Assembly: GCA_001643675.2 (NCBI GenBank)
Contig: LSRY02000006.1
Location: 1,674,001-1,738,000 of the forward strand
DNA length: 64,000 nt
Source of the DNA: Monocercomonoides exilis PA203
Lineage: Eukaryota; Protista; Preaxostyla
Direction: 5' to 3'
The translations under genes and the position numbers were made by a program. The notes under the pieces were generated by a model. The model searched no databases, was not told where the DNA came from, and worked only from the letters and a program-made list of their open reading frames with translations. Below, piece by piece: positions 14,578-27,129 of this stretch (position 1 is its first letter; the number at the start of each line of letters is the position of its first letter).

Positions 14578-15013
14578 GGAAGAGGAGGAAAAGCAACATG
14601 AAGAACTCAAAAATAACAATAGTTTATTGAATGAAGAAAAGAAAACAGATAATTTTAATTCTTCGTTGCCTCAACAAGAAAAATTAGATAACACTTCAAA
14701 TAAAATAACAAATATGAAAATAGATAAAGAAGAGGAAGAATCCGAAGAAGAAGAGGAATGGGAAGAAGAAGAGGAGGAGGAGGAAGAGGAAAGAAAAAGT
14801 GAAACTGAAACGTTAACTACTTCAACTTCATCAACAACGTCAAGTTCTTCTTCAAGTTCAGAAAGCTCAAAATCAACGTCGTCATATTCTTCATCAAAAG
14901 ACAAGCACAAAAATTCTAAAGTCAAAAATGAATCAAGTAGCAATTATTCAGAAGAGGAAGAAGAGGAAGAAGAGGAAGAATATGAAGAGGAAGGGGAAGA
15001 TGAATATTCTTAG
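11240..15013 (+). CDS. Hypothetical 1257-aa Ser-rich / charged-helix (E-R/K) / poly-Glu protein
   Basis: Single long intronless ORF. No recognisable globular domain. Confidence 0.8.
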
Positions 15014-15627
15014 AAAGAACACAAAAACAGTTTCCAATTAAATGAGGTGCAACGAAAAAAAAATAAAAGAATAATAGCGCATGTATTCATATATATGTAT
15101 TTTATCTTTAATGCCTTTGGGGAAATGTTGAGTTGTAAGTTATAATATTAATTTTATCATAACTGTCAATTTTTATAAAAAATTAACGCTTCTTTATTAA
15201 AAGTGACTGATTTTTAAAGAATATTTAGAATCGAATTGAGTTTAAATTTCAGAACAACTTTCTTAAAAATCCGGAAATAAAAATTATAATAAATATTTTG
15301 GAAAATATTTTACTGAGAAATTCTTTTTGAAATCTCTCATTTTCTATCAAAAAATACAAATCAAAAAATGCATTCAAATTTTGAATGAAGCAAAAATTAA
15401 ACTTCAAAGAAAGCTACGTTTTGCAGTGAATTGTCTTTCTTCTGTCATAAATCTAAGTTTTTGAATAAATTGAAATTAAATGATTCATTGGATAAAAAAT
15501 TTTCTATTAATTTTTCAAAATACAAATTGATTCAAAACGTTAAAGAAATGAAAGATTTTTTCAAATTAGTTGCTTTTTTCGGAGTATTAATAAAAAATAA
15601 GTTTTGAACCTTAGGAAAGTAAATTTT

Positions 15628-17088
15628 GGTTAATCACAACTTTAAGTAACATTCAGAAACTCGTTTTTTTTCGGATTTTATGTAATAGAATAATTTAATA
15701 TCAAAAAATAAAACATGCTAGGGGTGAATTTTCCATTTTTCGTATACTTTTTTTCAAAGAAAAAAATCAAATTTTCAAAAATATAATGGTTATGATCAAA
15801 CTAATTTCTAATAATTTGTAATGAAATCAACTTATATAAAGAATTATTTAGTAAATTTTATATAATATAAAGCTTTCTTTTTATATTTTATAAAAAGAAA
15901 ATAACAAAAGTTCTCAATTCATTTTATTATTTATTATTTTCATCTTTCGTCTAGCGCAATCATTGAAACACACGTTTTTTTGTGTGAAAAATTGATTTTT
16001 CGATTATACCTCTAACCCTATTTATAAAAAAAAATTAACAAAAATTAAACGCAAACCCAAAACCTAATATTTCGGTTCGAGAGAAAACCCTAATGCGGAA
16101 AGAAACACTCCAAGTTCATTTTCACGTATTTTTGTTCTTTAAAAACACTTAAATCACAAACAAATTAGAACTCCAAATATCTTTAATTCACTTGATTTGT
16201 ATTAAAAGGTTTGTTTTAACAAATCAATGTAAACAAATCTGGATATTTTCAAAAATCGTTCAATTCTCAAACAATAATTGGGTGAATTTTTTTGAAAAGT
16301 TCCATTTGTTTAATTTTCAAATAAAATTAAAATTTCATTTTTCAATCAAATTTCTGTTCCCACTCACCAAATTTCGCTGTCATTAAAACAGTAACTTGAC
16401 AATGTTAATATTTCCTAGCTGGTGAATTTTCATGATTGGGAACATAATTTTTGATTGAAAAACGAATTTTTTATTTTATTTGAAAATTAAACAAAAGGAA
16501 CTTTTAAAAAAAAATTAGCCAATTTTGTAATTAGTTTGATCATAACCATTATACAGATATCGCATAAAATACCGGACATCGCACAAAATACAGGACAAGA
16601 TCGTTTTCTCAATAACCACTCAAAGAGAAAATCTGATAATATTCCTCCAAATATATCTAAACAAAGCTAACTCATTTGCCATACCGGGCATTCATTTCCA
16701 TGCAGACTGAATATTTAAAAAAATAATTTTTAAAATCTCGGAGAAACACAAAATCAAATTTCTCCGAGATTTTAAAAATTATTTTTTTAAATATTCAGTC
16801 TGCATGGAAATGAATGCCCGGTATGGCAAATGAGTTAGCTTTGTTTAGATATATTTGGAGGAATATTATCAGATTTTCTCTTTGAGTGGTTATTGAGAAA
16901 ACGATCTTGTCCTGTATTTTGTGCGATATCTGTATTTTTGAAAATTTGATTTTTTTCTTTGAAAAAAAGTATACGAAAAATGGAAAATTCACCCCTAGCA
17001 TGTTTTATTTTTTGATATTCAATCATTCTATTACATGAAATCCGAAAAAAAACGAGTTTCTGAATGTTACTTAAAGTTGTGATTAACC
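15628..17088. mobile_element. Palindromic foldback element (arms ~330 bp, 12-nt loop) interrupted by a nested MITE
   Basis: 15628-15783 is the reverse complement of 16933-17088 (3 substitutions seen). 16578-16746 is the perfect reverse complement of 16759-16927. Loop is CACAAAATCAAA. No TSD found. Confidence 0.8.
15784..16551. mobile_element. 768-bp non-autonomous Tc1/mariner/pogo-type MITE, 23-bp TIRs, TA TSD
   Basis: TIR TAATGGTTATGATCAAACTAATT (15784-15806) and its complement (16529-16551), with TA on both sides. The opposite hairpin arm shows the empty site CAAAAA-TA-CAGATATC. Confidence 0.88.
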
Positions 17089-19009
17089 GAACAAAGCATG
17101 AATTATTAGTAAATAAATGTTAATCCAAAAAAACATTTTTATTTTTTTCATTCCTGTGTGTTCTCAAAACATTACAATATTTCATCAATGAATCCTGTTT
17201 GCAGATGTGAGAATCCTTTTTAATTGCACATCAAAGAAATTACAAATAGGTTTCAAGTGAAACAATAATTTAATCCTTATTCCATAAAAAGCTTAAAAGT
17301 CAGTGTTATCACGCAAATTACTAATGTCTATAATGTTATTACAAATATTATGGCGAACATGCATTTTTTCAAAGATAATTACTTATATTGGTGACTATTT
17401 TTGATAATATATTTTTTCTTTCGAAAAATTCCGTTTCAAAGTTTCACATTAATATCAACTCAAGAGTACAGGAAAAAAAAAAGACCGAAAAAAAACATCA
17501 ACATCATTTTTTGATCAATAACATTTGCTTTCGAATAAGTTGCGATAAACAAACAATCAAAATACAAAAGCTCTTCCCTGTGACAAACAAAAAATGAAAA
17601 ATAAACGCCAAGGAATAAATTGAGATTTATAAAAAATTACCCAAATCAATTTTCTTTTTGTTTTATTTCAAAACATTTAGAGTTTCAAACTTCAACAACT
17701 ATTTCCGACATTATGACGCAAATTATTATCATCTTATCTCTTATTCTCACATTTTGATAAAGAGAATTCTAAATATTTAAAACATTCAAATTATCCAAAA
17801 AATTTCGAAAAAATCATTTTCAATATCACTTAACAAGGATGTATTTTGATTATTTCCTTCTTATTTTTTTTTCTAAACAAACTCATTTTTTTTTACACGC
17901 CTTTCACTTTTATTTCAACCAATAATGAAAAATAAAATTTTTATTTAAAGAAAATAAAAAAAAATCAAGTTCACTCTTATTTTTAATTTTTCGATCAATT
18001 TTTTTATTGAAAAGAAAAACCAATCGATGTGTTGTGTTAATATGAGAATTTTAAACAAATTGAAAAAATAATAAATAAAAAAGAAAAAAGAAAACCAATC
18101 GCCTCGTAAACTCCGTTTCTGTATTTATTTTTGAAAAATCATTTCTTTGATTAATACAAAAAAAAAAAAAAAGAATAAGGAAAAAAGGAAACACTTCAAA
18201 TTTTGTGATTTTTGAAAACAAAAAAATACATGTATTTAAGTGACATGAAATGCAAATATTTCTTTTCAAACTTTCTTTCTTTGTCATAAATGAGAAAGAT
18301 TAACCTCAATCGACAAACTTTTCTTTCTTTTTATTATTAACTATCCTTTTATCATTCTTTTAATTTTTTGTGTTAATTGGAAAAGTCTTTTTTTCATTAA
18401 ATATTAAATTGAGTTTTTCGTTGTGAGTGTTTTGTTCAAACAAATGCAAAAATATTTAATTTGAACACTTTTCGTGGTTTTCAAAAAAAAAAATAAATGA
18501 AATACTTAAAAAACGAACTGTTTATTAATATCTTTGATTTAAAGTATTAATCTTTAAATATATTACTAAATTAAAAGATTGAATACTATTAAAGTTCAAA
18601 AACATATGGAGAAATAAAAAATTTTTTTAATTAGCGAAAAATAATTTTTTGAACGAATAAATGGGAAATAGAAACTGAAAATCCAGCAAACACATCTGTA
18701 AAAAAAACAATATATAGAACTTGTAAACATTGAAAAGCAAATTGCCTTTCCACTCAATAATGTTATGACAAGTTAAACATCGATAATACATCACAAAAAA
18801 AAAAAATTGATAGAAGTTTTGTTGATATATAAATAATTAATAACTTAATGCTTCACATTAATAAAAGCAACAATTTTTCTTCCATTAGGCAATAAACAGT
18901 TGCACGAAGTTATGAATCTATTCGGCAAATTCATTTGAACCTCAGCAAATGAATTGCTCAATTGATATGCATTATTTTTTTGAAACAATCTAATGGAACA
19001 ATATAACAT

Positions 19010-20216
19010 TCATATTGGCCTATGCAACGATAAATTATCAGAACTGTTCATGATATAAAGATTAGACATATTGATAGTATCTGCTCTTTCCTCCACCCTA
19101 GAATGCAAAGATGAATTGAAAGTTACATATTGATCATTTTGTCTTCCTTCTGATAGATTGGATAGTGTCGGTGCAATATAATTATGCGATAGTACTGCTG
19201 TTTGAGTTGTAGTCTTCGAATTGGCTTGAGATTCCTCTGGATCTTTGCATGTGATAACTGCCAAAGAAGCAAGAAAAACAAAAGGAGCAAGAGCTTCTTC
19301 GAGAAGACACAGAAAAACAGATCGGATAATAGCTGGACGACTATTGAAAATAAAAGAAAATTAATCACGTAAACAGACATAACAACAATAATACAAATAC
19401 CATTTTTCTTCATCAGCAAAGCATTTTTCTTTCTCATCATCAGGGAAAGCTTCATTATCAATTACTATTACAATTAATTCATAAATAATTGTAATCAAAA
19501 AAACAACAGCAATAAGAAAAAGTATGACAACAAATTGACGCAATCTATGCTTTAGCATTACGAAAAGCATATTATTTTGAGGAATTTTGCGAGTTATTAA
19601 TAAAGTATTCACAGCCATTAATATAAGAGGAATAAAAATGCAAATAAACTGAACAAGGAAAAAAATATTAACAATTAAAACATCATCAAAAACATTAAAA
19701 TCATAAAGCACTTCTAAACAAAAATGAACTATAAACGAACCACCCAAAATAACAAGAAGTATCAAAGTATATAAAAATTTACATCGCTTTGATGAAATAA
19801 AAGGAGTAACAGTAACACTAAAAAGCCATAATTCAACTAAAATCCAAGGAGGAAAATAAATCAAATCATCAACATCAAGACATAAAATGAAAGAGATCAT
19901 CTGTGACTTATAAGGAAAAGGAACAATTGTTGTGAGACAGTTGTGAATACCATGAAGGGTAAACAAAATCAAATACGAAAGTTTTAGTAACGAATAATTC
20001 TTTTTAAATTTTTTCAACTCGAAAAAAATAAGATATCCCGCAAGAAGGGAAGTTGCAAAGAAAAAAAATAAATTAATGCAGGCAAAGCCCCCAAAATCTC
20101 CATACATAACTAAGATAAGAAATAACAAATAAAAAAATAAGAAGAACAAAAAACATACCATTGCAATATCCAGTTATTTGTATTTGAACAGAATTTTCTC
20201 TTTCTTTATCAAACAT
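19010..20216 (-). CDS. 7-transmembrane protein, GPR137/TOM1-like (3 exons)
   Basis: Spliced product has seven hydrophobic helices, the last containing LLEEALAP, followed by a polar cytosolic tail. Confidence 0.65.
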
Positions 20217-20529
20217 TATTTATATAAATCTTGGTTAAGATCACAGAAATGAAGAATAGAGATATCGAAGAGCAGTTAATATCACCCTTTTTGAGTTACA
20301 AAAATTTTTTTTACAAGAAGAAGATGAAGAAAAAAATTAATTGCTTGTATCTAAAAAATAAAACTTTTAGAATAGCAATACTTTAAAATTCTCTCTCAAA
20401 ACGAAGTGAAAGTTTAACGCAATGCAACTAAATAAAAGCATGACATTGCCACTAAAAGTGAAAAAATTCAATTATTTCTTAAATTAAAAATTGATAAAAA
20501 ATCAGCAGACAAAAAAGAAATGAGAAGGA

Positions 20530-21717
20530 TTAAGGATCAGTCCACACAGTACCCCTATCAGGCTTTGTTCTGTAGAAAACAACAGGAACATTTTCACTAA
20601 CAAGTGATTGATCTTGAAATAATACAACAACATTTACTTCAAATTCAACAGCAAATAGCGGGCTTTTCATTGTCGATGAGACAAATAAGCGAGGAAGAAC
20701 CATGTGAATCGGTAATTTTGTCCCGTGCAATATATCTCCATCTGCAATTTGAATGTTTTGTATTTCAGTAACTTCGAAATGTTTGCTTGATACAACCGAT
20801 TCAGCCCTCACAAGTTGTAGCTCAACACTTCTGATAGGCAAAGTACTATTAACAATTTCAATCTCTCCCATGAATGGTTCCACCACATTGCATAAACGTG
20901 TATTAACTCTTCCCCTGAAATGAAATGATGGAGCTTCCGAATCCGATTTATCAGAAGCCTTATAAAAAGTGTTGACAAAAATTAATTTTTAAATAAAAAT
21001 TAACGCTTAAGTATAATAAAGATTCAATAAAACCTTTTTCAATTTCTCGCTTGTCATTTCGAATTCTAGTGGTTTTGGAGGATGAGCTTCATGACTCTAA
21101 AAATTGAATTCATATCCTTAAATTATGCTTAGAATAATTTAACTTTAGCAAACATAATCAACAATTACAACTTCAACAGTCTTTTTTAAAGTTTTTGAAA
21201 ACATTCCACGTGGAATTTCGCATGTCAACGTATAACGTACATTAACTAAAATTCCATGGTAAGTTTCAAAATAATGAAATCCTTCTTTCATTTCAAGAGG
21301 AAATTCAAATGGAATTTCAGTGATCCCTTTCGGAAGTTTCCCAGCTTGAGAAATATCAACTGCAATGCGAGCTAGTTGATGCTTTTCTTGAGAAGAAAAT
21401 GCCTAAATCAAATATGTAAATATTTTACACTTACTGAAAAAAGAACAATTGAAAAATCAATTCCCAAACAGCTGAATCAAGTCCATGAGTCAATGTCAAC
21501 GACCCTTCAAATACTAATTTTATTCCTTGATGCGTTAGGGCTTGAGTAGGACTGTCAACTCTTATTAAACCATTAACAGGACGCTACAAAATCACAATAA
21601 AAAATGATTGCAAAAGAAAAAGAAATACACATATTCATCAAAAATAATTGTTAAGCAAACTCCAGGTGTGTATGTTTTATCAGGTCTTTTCAGCGAAATG
21701 GCGAGAGAAGGCTCCAT
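20530..21717 (-). CDS. VPS26C: VPS26C/DSCR3, Retriever complex subunit (5 exons)
   Basis: GKLPKGITEIPFEFPL, ETYHGILVNVRY, IRSVELQLVRAE, TEIQNIQIADGDI, IHMVLPRLF, VEFEVNVVVLF. Confidence 0.92.
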
Positions 21718-21781
21718 GAACTTTTTTTCTTTATTTCAGATCTGAGCCCATACTTCTATAAGTGCTATAACTGTCCGAAAA

Positions 21782-22919
21782 ATGACTGCGCTTTCTTCAC
21801 AGCTCCTTCCATCTTTGGTGAAATATGAAATTCCTACTCTTGTTAGCAACACAAAGGATAAAAAAACTGCTGCGGCAAAATCAAAATCCGGAGCGTCAGG
21901 CGATGCAAAAAGTCAACTTGCCTTTACTGAAGAAATATTAAATAGTATTCTTCCACCACGGTTTGACGTGATATATTTCTTAAATGCATTTAAATTACAA
22001 TCACCATTTTGATTTTGATTTTATATTTTTTGAAAATTCTTTCTTTTAGTGAATTTGAAGAGGATGGACAACGATGGATTCAAAAAGTCAGTGCAACTCC
22101 AGCTACTCGACAAGATGTTGAAGCATTAAACGTATACTTTCGTCAATTTAAAAAAATAAAATTGTAATATTTAAAATTTACTCTCAAAAATTTGATGAAT
22201 AAAATTAAACTTCAGGAAGCACTTGATCGAGCTCTTGTCCAGCGCCAGGCTAGAGAAAATGGAATATGCCCGGTGAGGGAACGTCTTTACGATGAATGCT
22301 TTGGTATTTAAAATTTTATGAATGTTTATTTCTGAAAAATATTTTTTATTTTTTCATAGACGAACTTATTCGACATGTCACCATCAGTTGCTCTGAAAGA
22401 GGGTTTCTGCTTCTCCGCGTAAGAGACGAACTGCGAATGAGAGTTGCTGCATATCAAACACTTTATGAGAGTTCAATTGCGTTTGGATTGAGAAAGGCAC
22501 TTCAAGCTGAATTGGGCAGAACTGAACAGGAAGAAAAGGTATAACAGCAATTTTTTATTAATCGGAAGATTTGTTTATTCAAAAAAATTTTTCTTCTAAA
22601 AATTTTTTGTTTTTATTTAATGATCAATTTAATTTTAATTGTATCTTTTTAATCAAAAATTTTTATTTTCTCCATTTATTAAACATATTTTAAAAAAATT
22701 TCTCTTCAGATCAGCAGATTACTTCAGGAAAAGAAAGAATTAGAAAAAGAGAATGCCAAATTAAAAGCACGATTGGAAATGGTTGAGAAAAAAGAAGCCG
22801 AAAGGAGAGCATTTGAAGAGAAAAAGCATGCTGAAGAAATTGCATATTATCAACACCAAAGCCAGCAACTCAAGGCTCAACTTGTACAGGCACTTGGACC
22901 CCAGAAAAAGGAGAAGTGA
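21782..22919 (+). CDS. DNALI1: Axonemal inner-arm dynein light chain p28 (5 exons)
   Basis: EEILNSILPPREF, QRQARENGICPVRE, DELIRHVTISCSERGFLLLRVRDE, AYQTLYESSIAFGLRKALQAE. Confidence 0.96.
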
Positions 22920-23318
22920 AAATGATGTATTTTTTTTTCTTTTGAGAGGGAGGTTGGACGCTGAAGAGAGAGTTGTGCGATTACAGGAGATTATTCAGTG
23001 TGGTCAATCACTTTCATTTTTTTATACTTTTGTTTCTTCAATTCACTAACTCAGTAAAAAAACTCAACTTCTTCAAATAGTTTTATTTCTTTTTCATTTT
23101 CATTTTTTCTCTTTAAAACTCAAACCCTTTCCCAAAAAAAGTTGCAAAAACAAACATTAAGATAAGTCTTTTTAAATGAAATGGATAAATGAAGAAAAGA
23201 GTACAACATGAGTCAAAAAGAGTAAGTTTTGCCACTATCAAATGATTATTAAAAAACACAAAAATCAAAATTGAATCTTTGAAAAAAAAATCATTTAAAA
23301 AAAAAAATACATCAGGTT

Positions 23319-25947
23319 TTAGTAAAACTTTCCTTTCTGTTTTGGTTTTGTCTGAACATCCTGCAACTCAAGAGTCACCACTGACATCTTTGTGCCAGGC
23401 GGTCCTCTGAGGTTCTGAAGATAACGAACAGTCTTCTTTGGATTAACTCCAACATCATGTCCAGTGTTGGTTTCATTGTCTCTTAGCTCGTATGCTTGCG
23501 TCTCTGCTTCACGTCTGAAGTGCGATGCAATCGTCTGAGTGGAATGCGTCCTCTTTTTCTTCAGCTGCACAAGTTGCAACGCTTTCCTCCGCAGATTCCA
23601 CTCGTTCCATTCGTAATGCGGATCGATGTGTGATTCTACAAAGTGCACTGGCGTCTGAGTGTCTGAATCTACTTTTGTGGCCACTGGCTGTGCAACAGGA
23701 ACAGCTGCATATGTTTTCGCTCGTGTGAGGACGTGGCCGCGTGGCGGAAGCACATCCATCGAAGGTATTTCAGCTTTCAGTGCAAGAACAGGAATCAGTT
23801 CTGGTTGCATCGTCGCAGTCTGATAGATTGCATCCACGAAATACTTCGGGTTCTTTTTGAACTCGTTCATGCAATGATGAGAAGTGAAAGCAAAGTTCAT
23901 TGTGATGTCTCGGATGGTCCATTTTAAAAACCCATATGCCGGATCTCCTTCTATCAGCAGTCCATTACGGCGAATAAAGCATACAGGACAGAAACCCTAT
24001 TGCGAATAACAATCGAACAATAATCTCTTTTTTAAAAAAATTCAAACAAAAGTTGAGGAACAAACCTCGAAGTGAAGTTGAGTTTCATTAAATTGAGGTG
24101 ATGAAGGTGAAATGTGAGTGACGTTCATTGGGACCGATGCTTCTGGAACCTCTTCAGTTGGAGTATCATCAAATGTCATGTCTGTTCCGCCTTTTTCAAC
24201 TCTTTCTCTTTCCTCCCCTGTTTTCCATAGAGAATGATTATTATATTTAAAAAAATTTTGTTCAAGAAAATATTCAGCATCAGATGTCGAATTCAAGCCA
24301 TTAAAGAAAAACGAATAGTAAAAATGGTTTAATTACAATGAAATAAAATAAAATTAAATTGATCGAAGAAACACCATTAAATACAAACCAACAAGCTGCT
24401 GAATTTCCTCTGGCGACAATGAAAAGGTTATCTGTTCAGGTGGAAGCACTGATATTTGAGCCATTTCTGACAGATCGTGCTCCATGTCATATGCGCGCGG
24501 ATAAAGATAAGGCAAAAGAGAAATCAGTGTGTTTCGCAACGAAAACACATCGTCAAATGCAGCAAATAAAGAGTGCCACAGCCTTGACAACCTTACAAAT
24601 CGAGGCTAAAAATTGTAACACATTTGAAATTAAAAAACAAAATTCAAACAAAAAATAAAATTATTAAATATTTTGTAAGACAATTAGAAAATTGACATAA
24701 AAAAGACAAGGATATATATATATATATGACCTCACCTCACCTCACCTCACCTCAACTTATAAAAAAAAAACCACATAACATGAACAGAAACAAGAAATAT
24801 TGTAAACTAACATACATAAACTTGTGCTTTTGGAATCGCAGTCTTACCGCCCACAACTTCCCTCACCTCTTCAAGTTCTTTTTTGAAGCTGTCTGAGGCA
24901 GCATGCGAAAAATTCCCAACTTCATCTATTTCTGTGTACAACGTTCTTAGAAATAGAACCAATTGCTGTCTGTTAAGAAGCTCGTTTTTCAGCAGAGAAG
25001 CATCAAGTCCTTCAATGAAGCTTGGAAATGAAACAGAAGTTGGCGCGGAAGAGGAAGGGCTCGAAGAAGAGGAGGCAGAAGCAGATAACGAAGGCGAAGG
25101 CGAAGAAGATGTCGAAGGAGATGCTGATGATTCCTTCTCTCTTTGCTGCTTTTCTTTCATCATCAAAGCAAGCTGAATTGCCTTTTTGTGATCATCAGTC
25201 ATCTGAAGAACTTGACCAATCTGATTTTTTAGAAGCTCCGTATCGCTTTCACAAAGCAAATGATAATCAAGTAAATCTTCAGAACCAAGTTGGGAGTGCT
25301 TGTGGAAAAGCCTGATTCCCAATACTATTTCGCACAATTCTTTCAGTTGAACCTCCAAATCCTGGACGTCCATCCTTACGATCGACGATAAATCCCGGCG
25401 TGGCAAAACACTCTCTAAAGCTGAAGCAACTTCTTCACGTACTTTGTCCTCTTTTATTTCAGCTTGGGGAGCAGCATTGGCAAACACATAATTGAGTAAA
25501 GGCTGATAAAGATCTTCAACTCTGATTCTCCCAGCTTCAACTTGTTTTCTCCCATCAATAAGAGAAGAATATAACATTTTGATTTCAGTTTCTTTTTCAC
25601 TGAATTTTTGTGTAGACTGACCTTGTTCCGCGCTTGAACAAGTATAGAATGCCACCTGCATTTTAATAGTGTTCAATATCATAGAATTCTCTTCTCTAAG
25701 GGTGCGCTTCACTTTCTAGATAAAATATTTGTTGAAAATGTCAATATACGAAAATGTATCATTAACAAACAGATATCAATTCATTTTCTTCATCATCGGT
25801 CAAAGAGTCGCCAGAACCGAATGTCTCCGATTCATTTAAAAGTATTTTTTTCACAATAAACATAACAAGTATTTCATCATCTACATAACCCTCATCAGAG
25901 TTTTCTTTTATTATTCTCGCAATAATTTGTCGAAGTTGTTCACTCAT
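23319..25947 (-). CDS. CFAP206: Cilia- and flagella-associated protein 206 (5 exons)
   Basis: LKELCEIVLGIRLF, TAIPKAQVYPRF, HFEGFCPVC, TQTPVHF..HIDPHYEWNEWNLRRKALQL, THSTQT..SHFRREAETQ. Confidence 0.92.
24712..24754. repeat. (AT)n plus (CCTCA)5 microsatellite inside a CFAP206 intron
   Basis: atatatatatatat followed by cctcacctcacctcacctcacctca. Confidence 0.85.
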
Positions 25948-26130
25948 GTCTTAAAAAAATCTACTTGTTCAAAATTCACAAAAACAAATATAATATATAA
26001 AAATAATCTATTTATCTTTGCAAACGCAAGCCCGTTCTCCGAAGCAATATCCAAAAATTAAAAACGGTTTTTGAATAAAAAATATAACATATTCGATCAA
26101 AGAAAAAATTTATGGTCTCAATAATAATTT

Positions 26131-26945
26131 ATGGATGATTTTCTGAAGATTCAGGAATTCACTGGTATGATTTTCTTAATATTTTAAACATCTTATATAA
26201 ACAAATTTATTTCAGAAGAAGGATGGGACATAGAGGTTTGCATATTGATGAAATTTCTAAATTTTTTGATATCATAACACTGAACTGAGTTTAGGATGAT
26301 ATTGCGTTAATACGAGCAGTGGAAATGGGAAATTCATTTTCACAAATTTTCAGAAATCCAGCTTTTTTTAAAAAGAAGCATGCTTTGAGGTCTATAGAAC
26401 TGAGATATTTTTTTTTGTTATATGGGAAAGAAGGACTTAATCGGTTTAAACACAAAGATGACAAAAAAAGCGGAGATTTTGAAGAATGTGTTCAACAAAA
26501 ATTAATGGAATTTGATTCATATTTGAATGATGCTCCTTTTTATTTATATGATGTACCAAAAGAACCAAAAATACCAACCACTGAACTTATTGGTATGGAG
26601 CAACAACTACATCAATTTACTTTTATGGATGCTATTCAGTCACAACAAAAGCCTCCTCTAGCGATGCTTTGCGGGGAAGATTTTGATATATTTTTACACG
26701 AGCACTCTTCATATTTTAAAATCCAAGATGATAAAATAACTCAAATTACACAGTTTTCTGATGACTTTGATTCAACTGTTATTAAAATTGAACTGCTTGC
26801 AGATGGAGTTTGGCAACTGAATGCCAAATGCTCAACTGGGCTGCAAATTAATGAAGTGGATATTCCTCAAGGAGAAGCAGCAGCAATTCCGCAAGATGCT
26901 ATCATTACTGTTTGCAAAAATTATTTCATTCATGCATTCTTATAA
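26131..26945 (+). CDS. MCRS1: Microspherule protein 1-like with degenerate FHA domain (3 exons)
   Basis: WDIEDDIALIRAVE...FFKKKHALRSIELRYFFLLYG resembles MCRS_N. PLAMLCG and the beta-rich C-terminus resemble the FHA region. Confidence 0.65.
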
Positions 26946-27129
26946 CTTTCTTTATTACTTTTTGATTAACAATTTTCAAGATAAAATCACATTCACTAAT
27001 ATTTCATTACTTCGTAGCTTTTATTGAACATTTGACATATCATTCTCATGAAGAAAATCTGAGTGAAAAATGAAAAATTTAGATTTATTTTATTATTCTT
27101 CCCATATTATTTTTACAAATATAGCTTTA

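Noticed and set aside
5900-15000. Many antisense or alternative-frame ORFs (S/F/L-rich) overlapping the long genes
   Set aside because: Shadow ORFs produced by (GAA)/(TCT)-rich coding sequence, with no independent features.
16010-16095. TAACCCTA/AAACCCTA telomere-like words in the MITE
   Set aside because: Isolated single units, not a tandem array.
16795-17026. Short ORFs inside the hairpin element
   Set aside because: No transposase or other motifs; expected by chance.
18008-18102. Direct repeat AAAAGAAAACCAATCG x2
   Set aside because: Only two low-complexity copies; not CRISPR-like or TSD-like.
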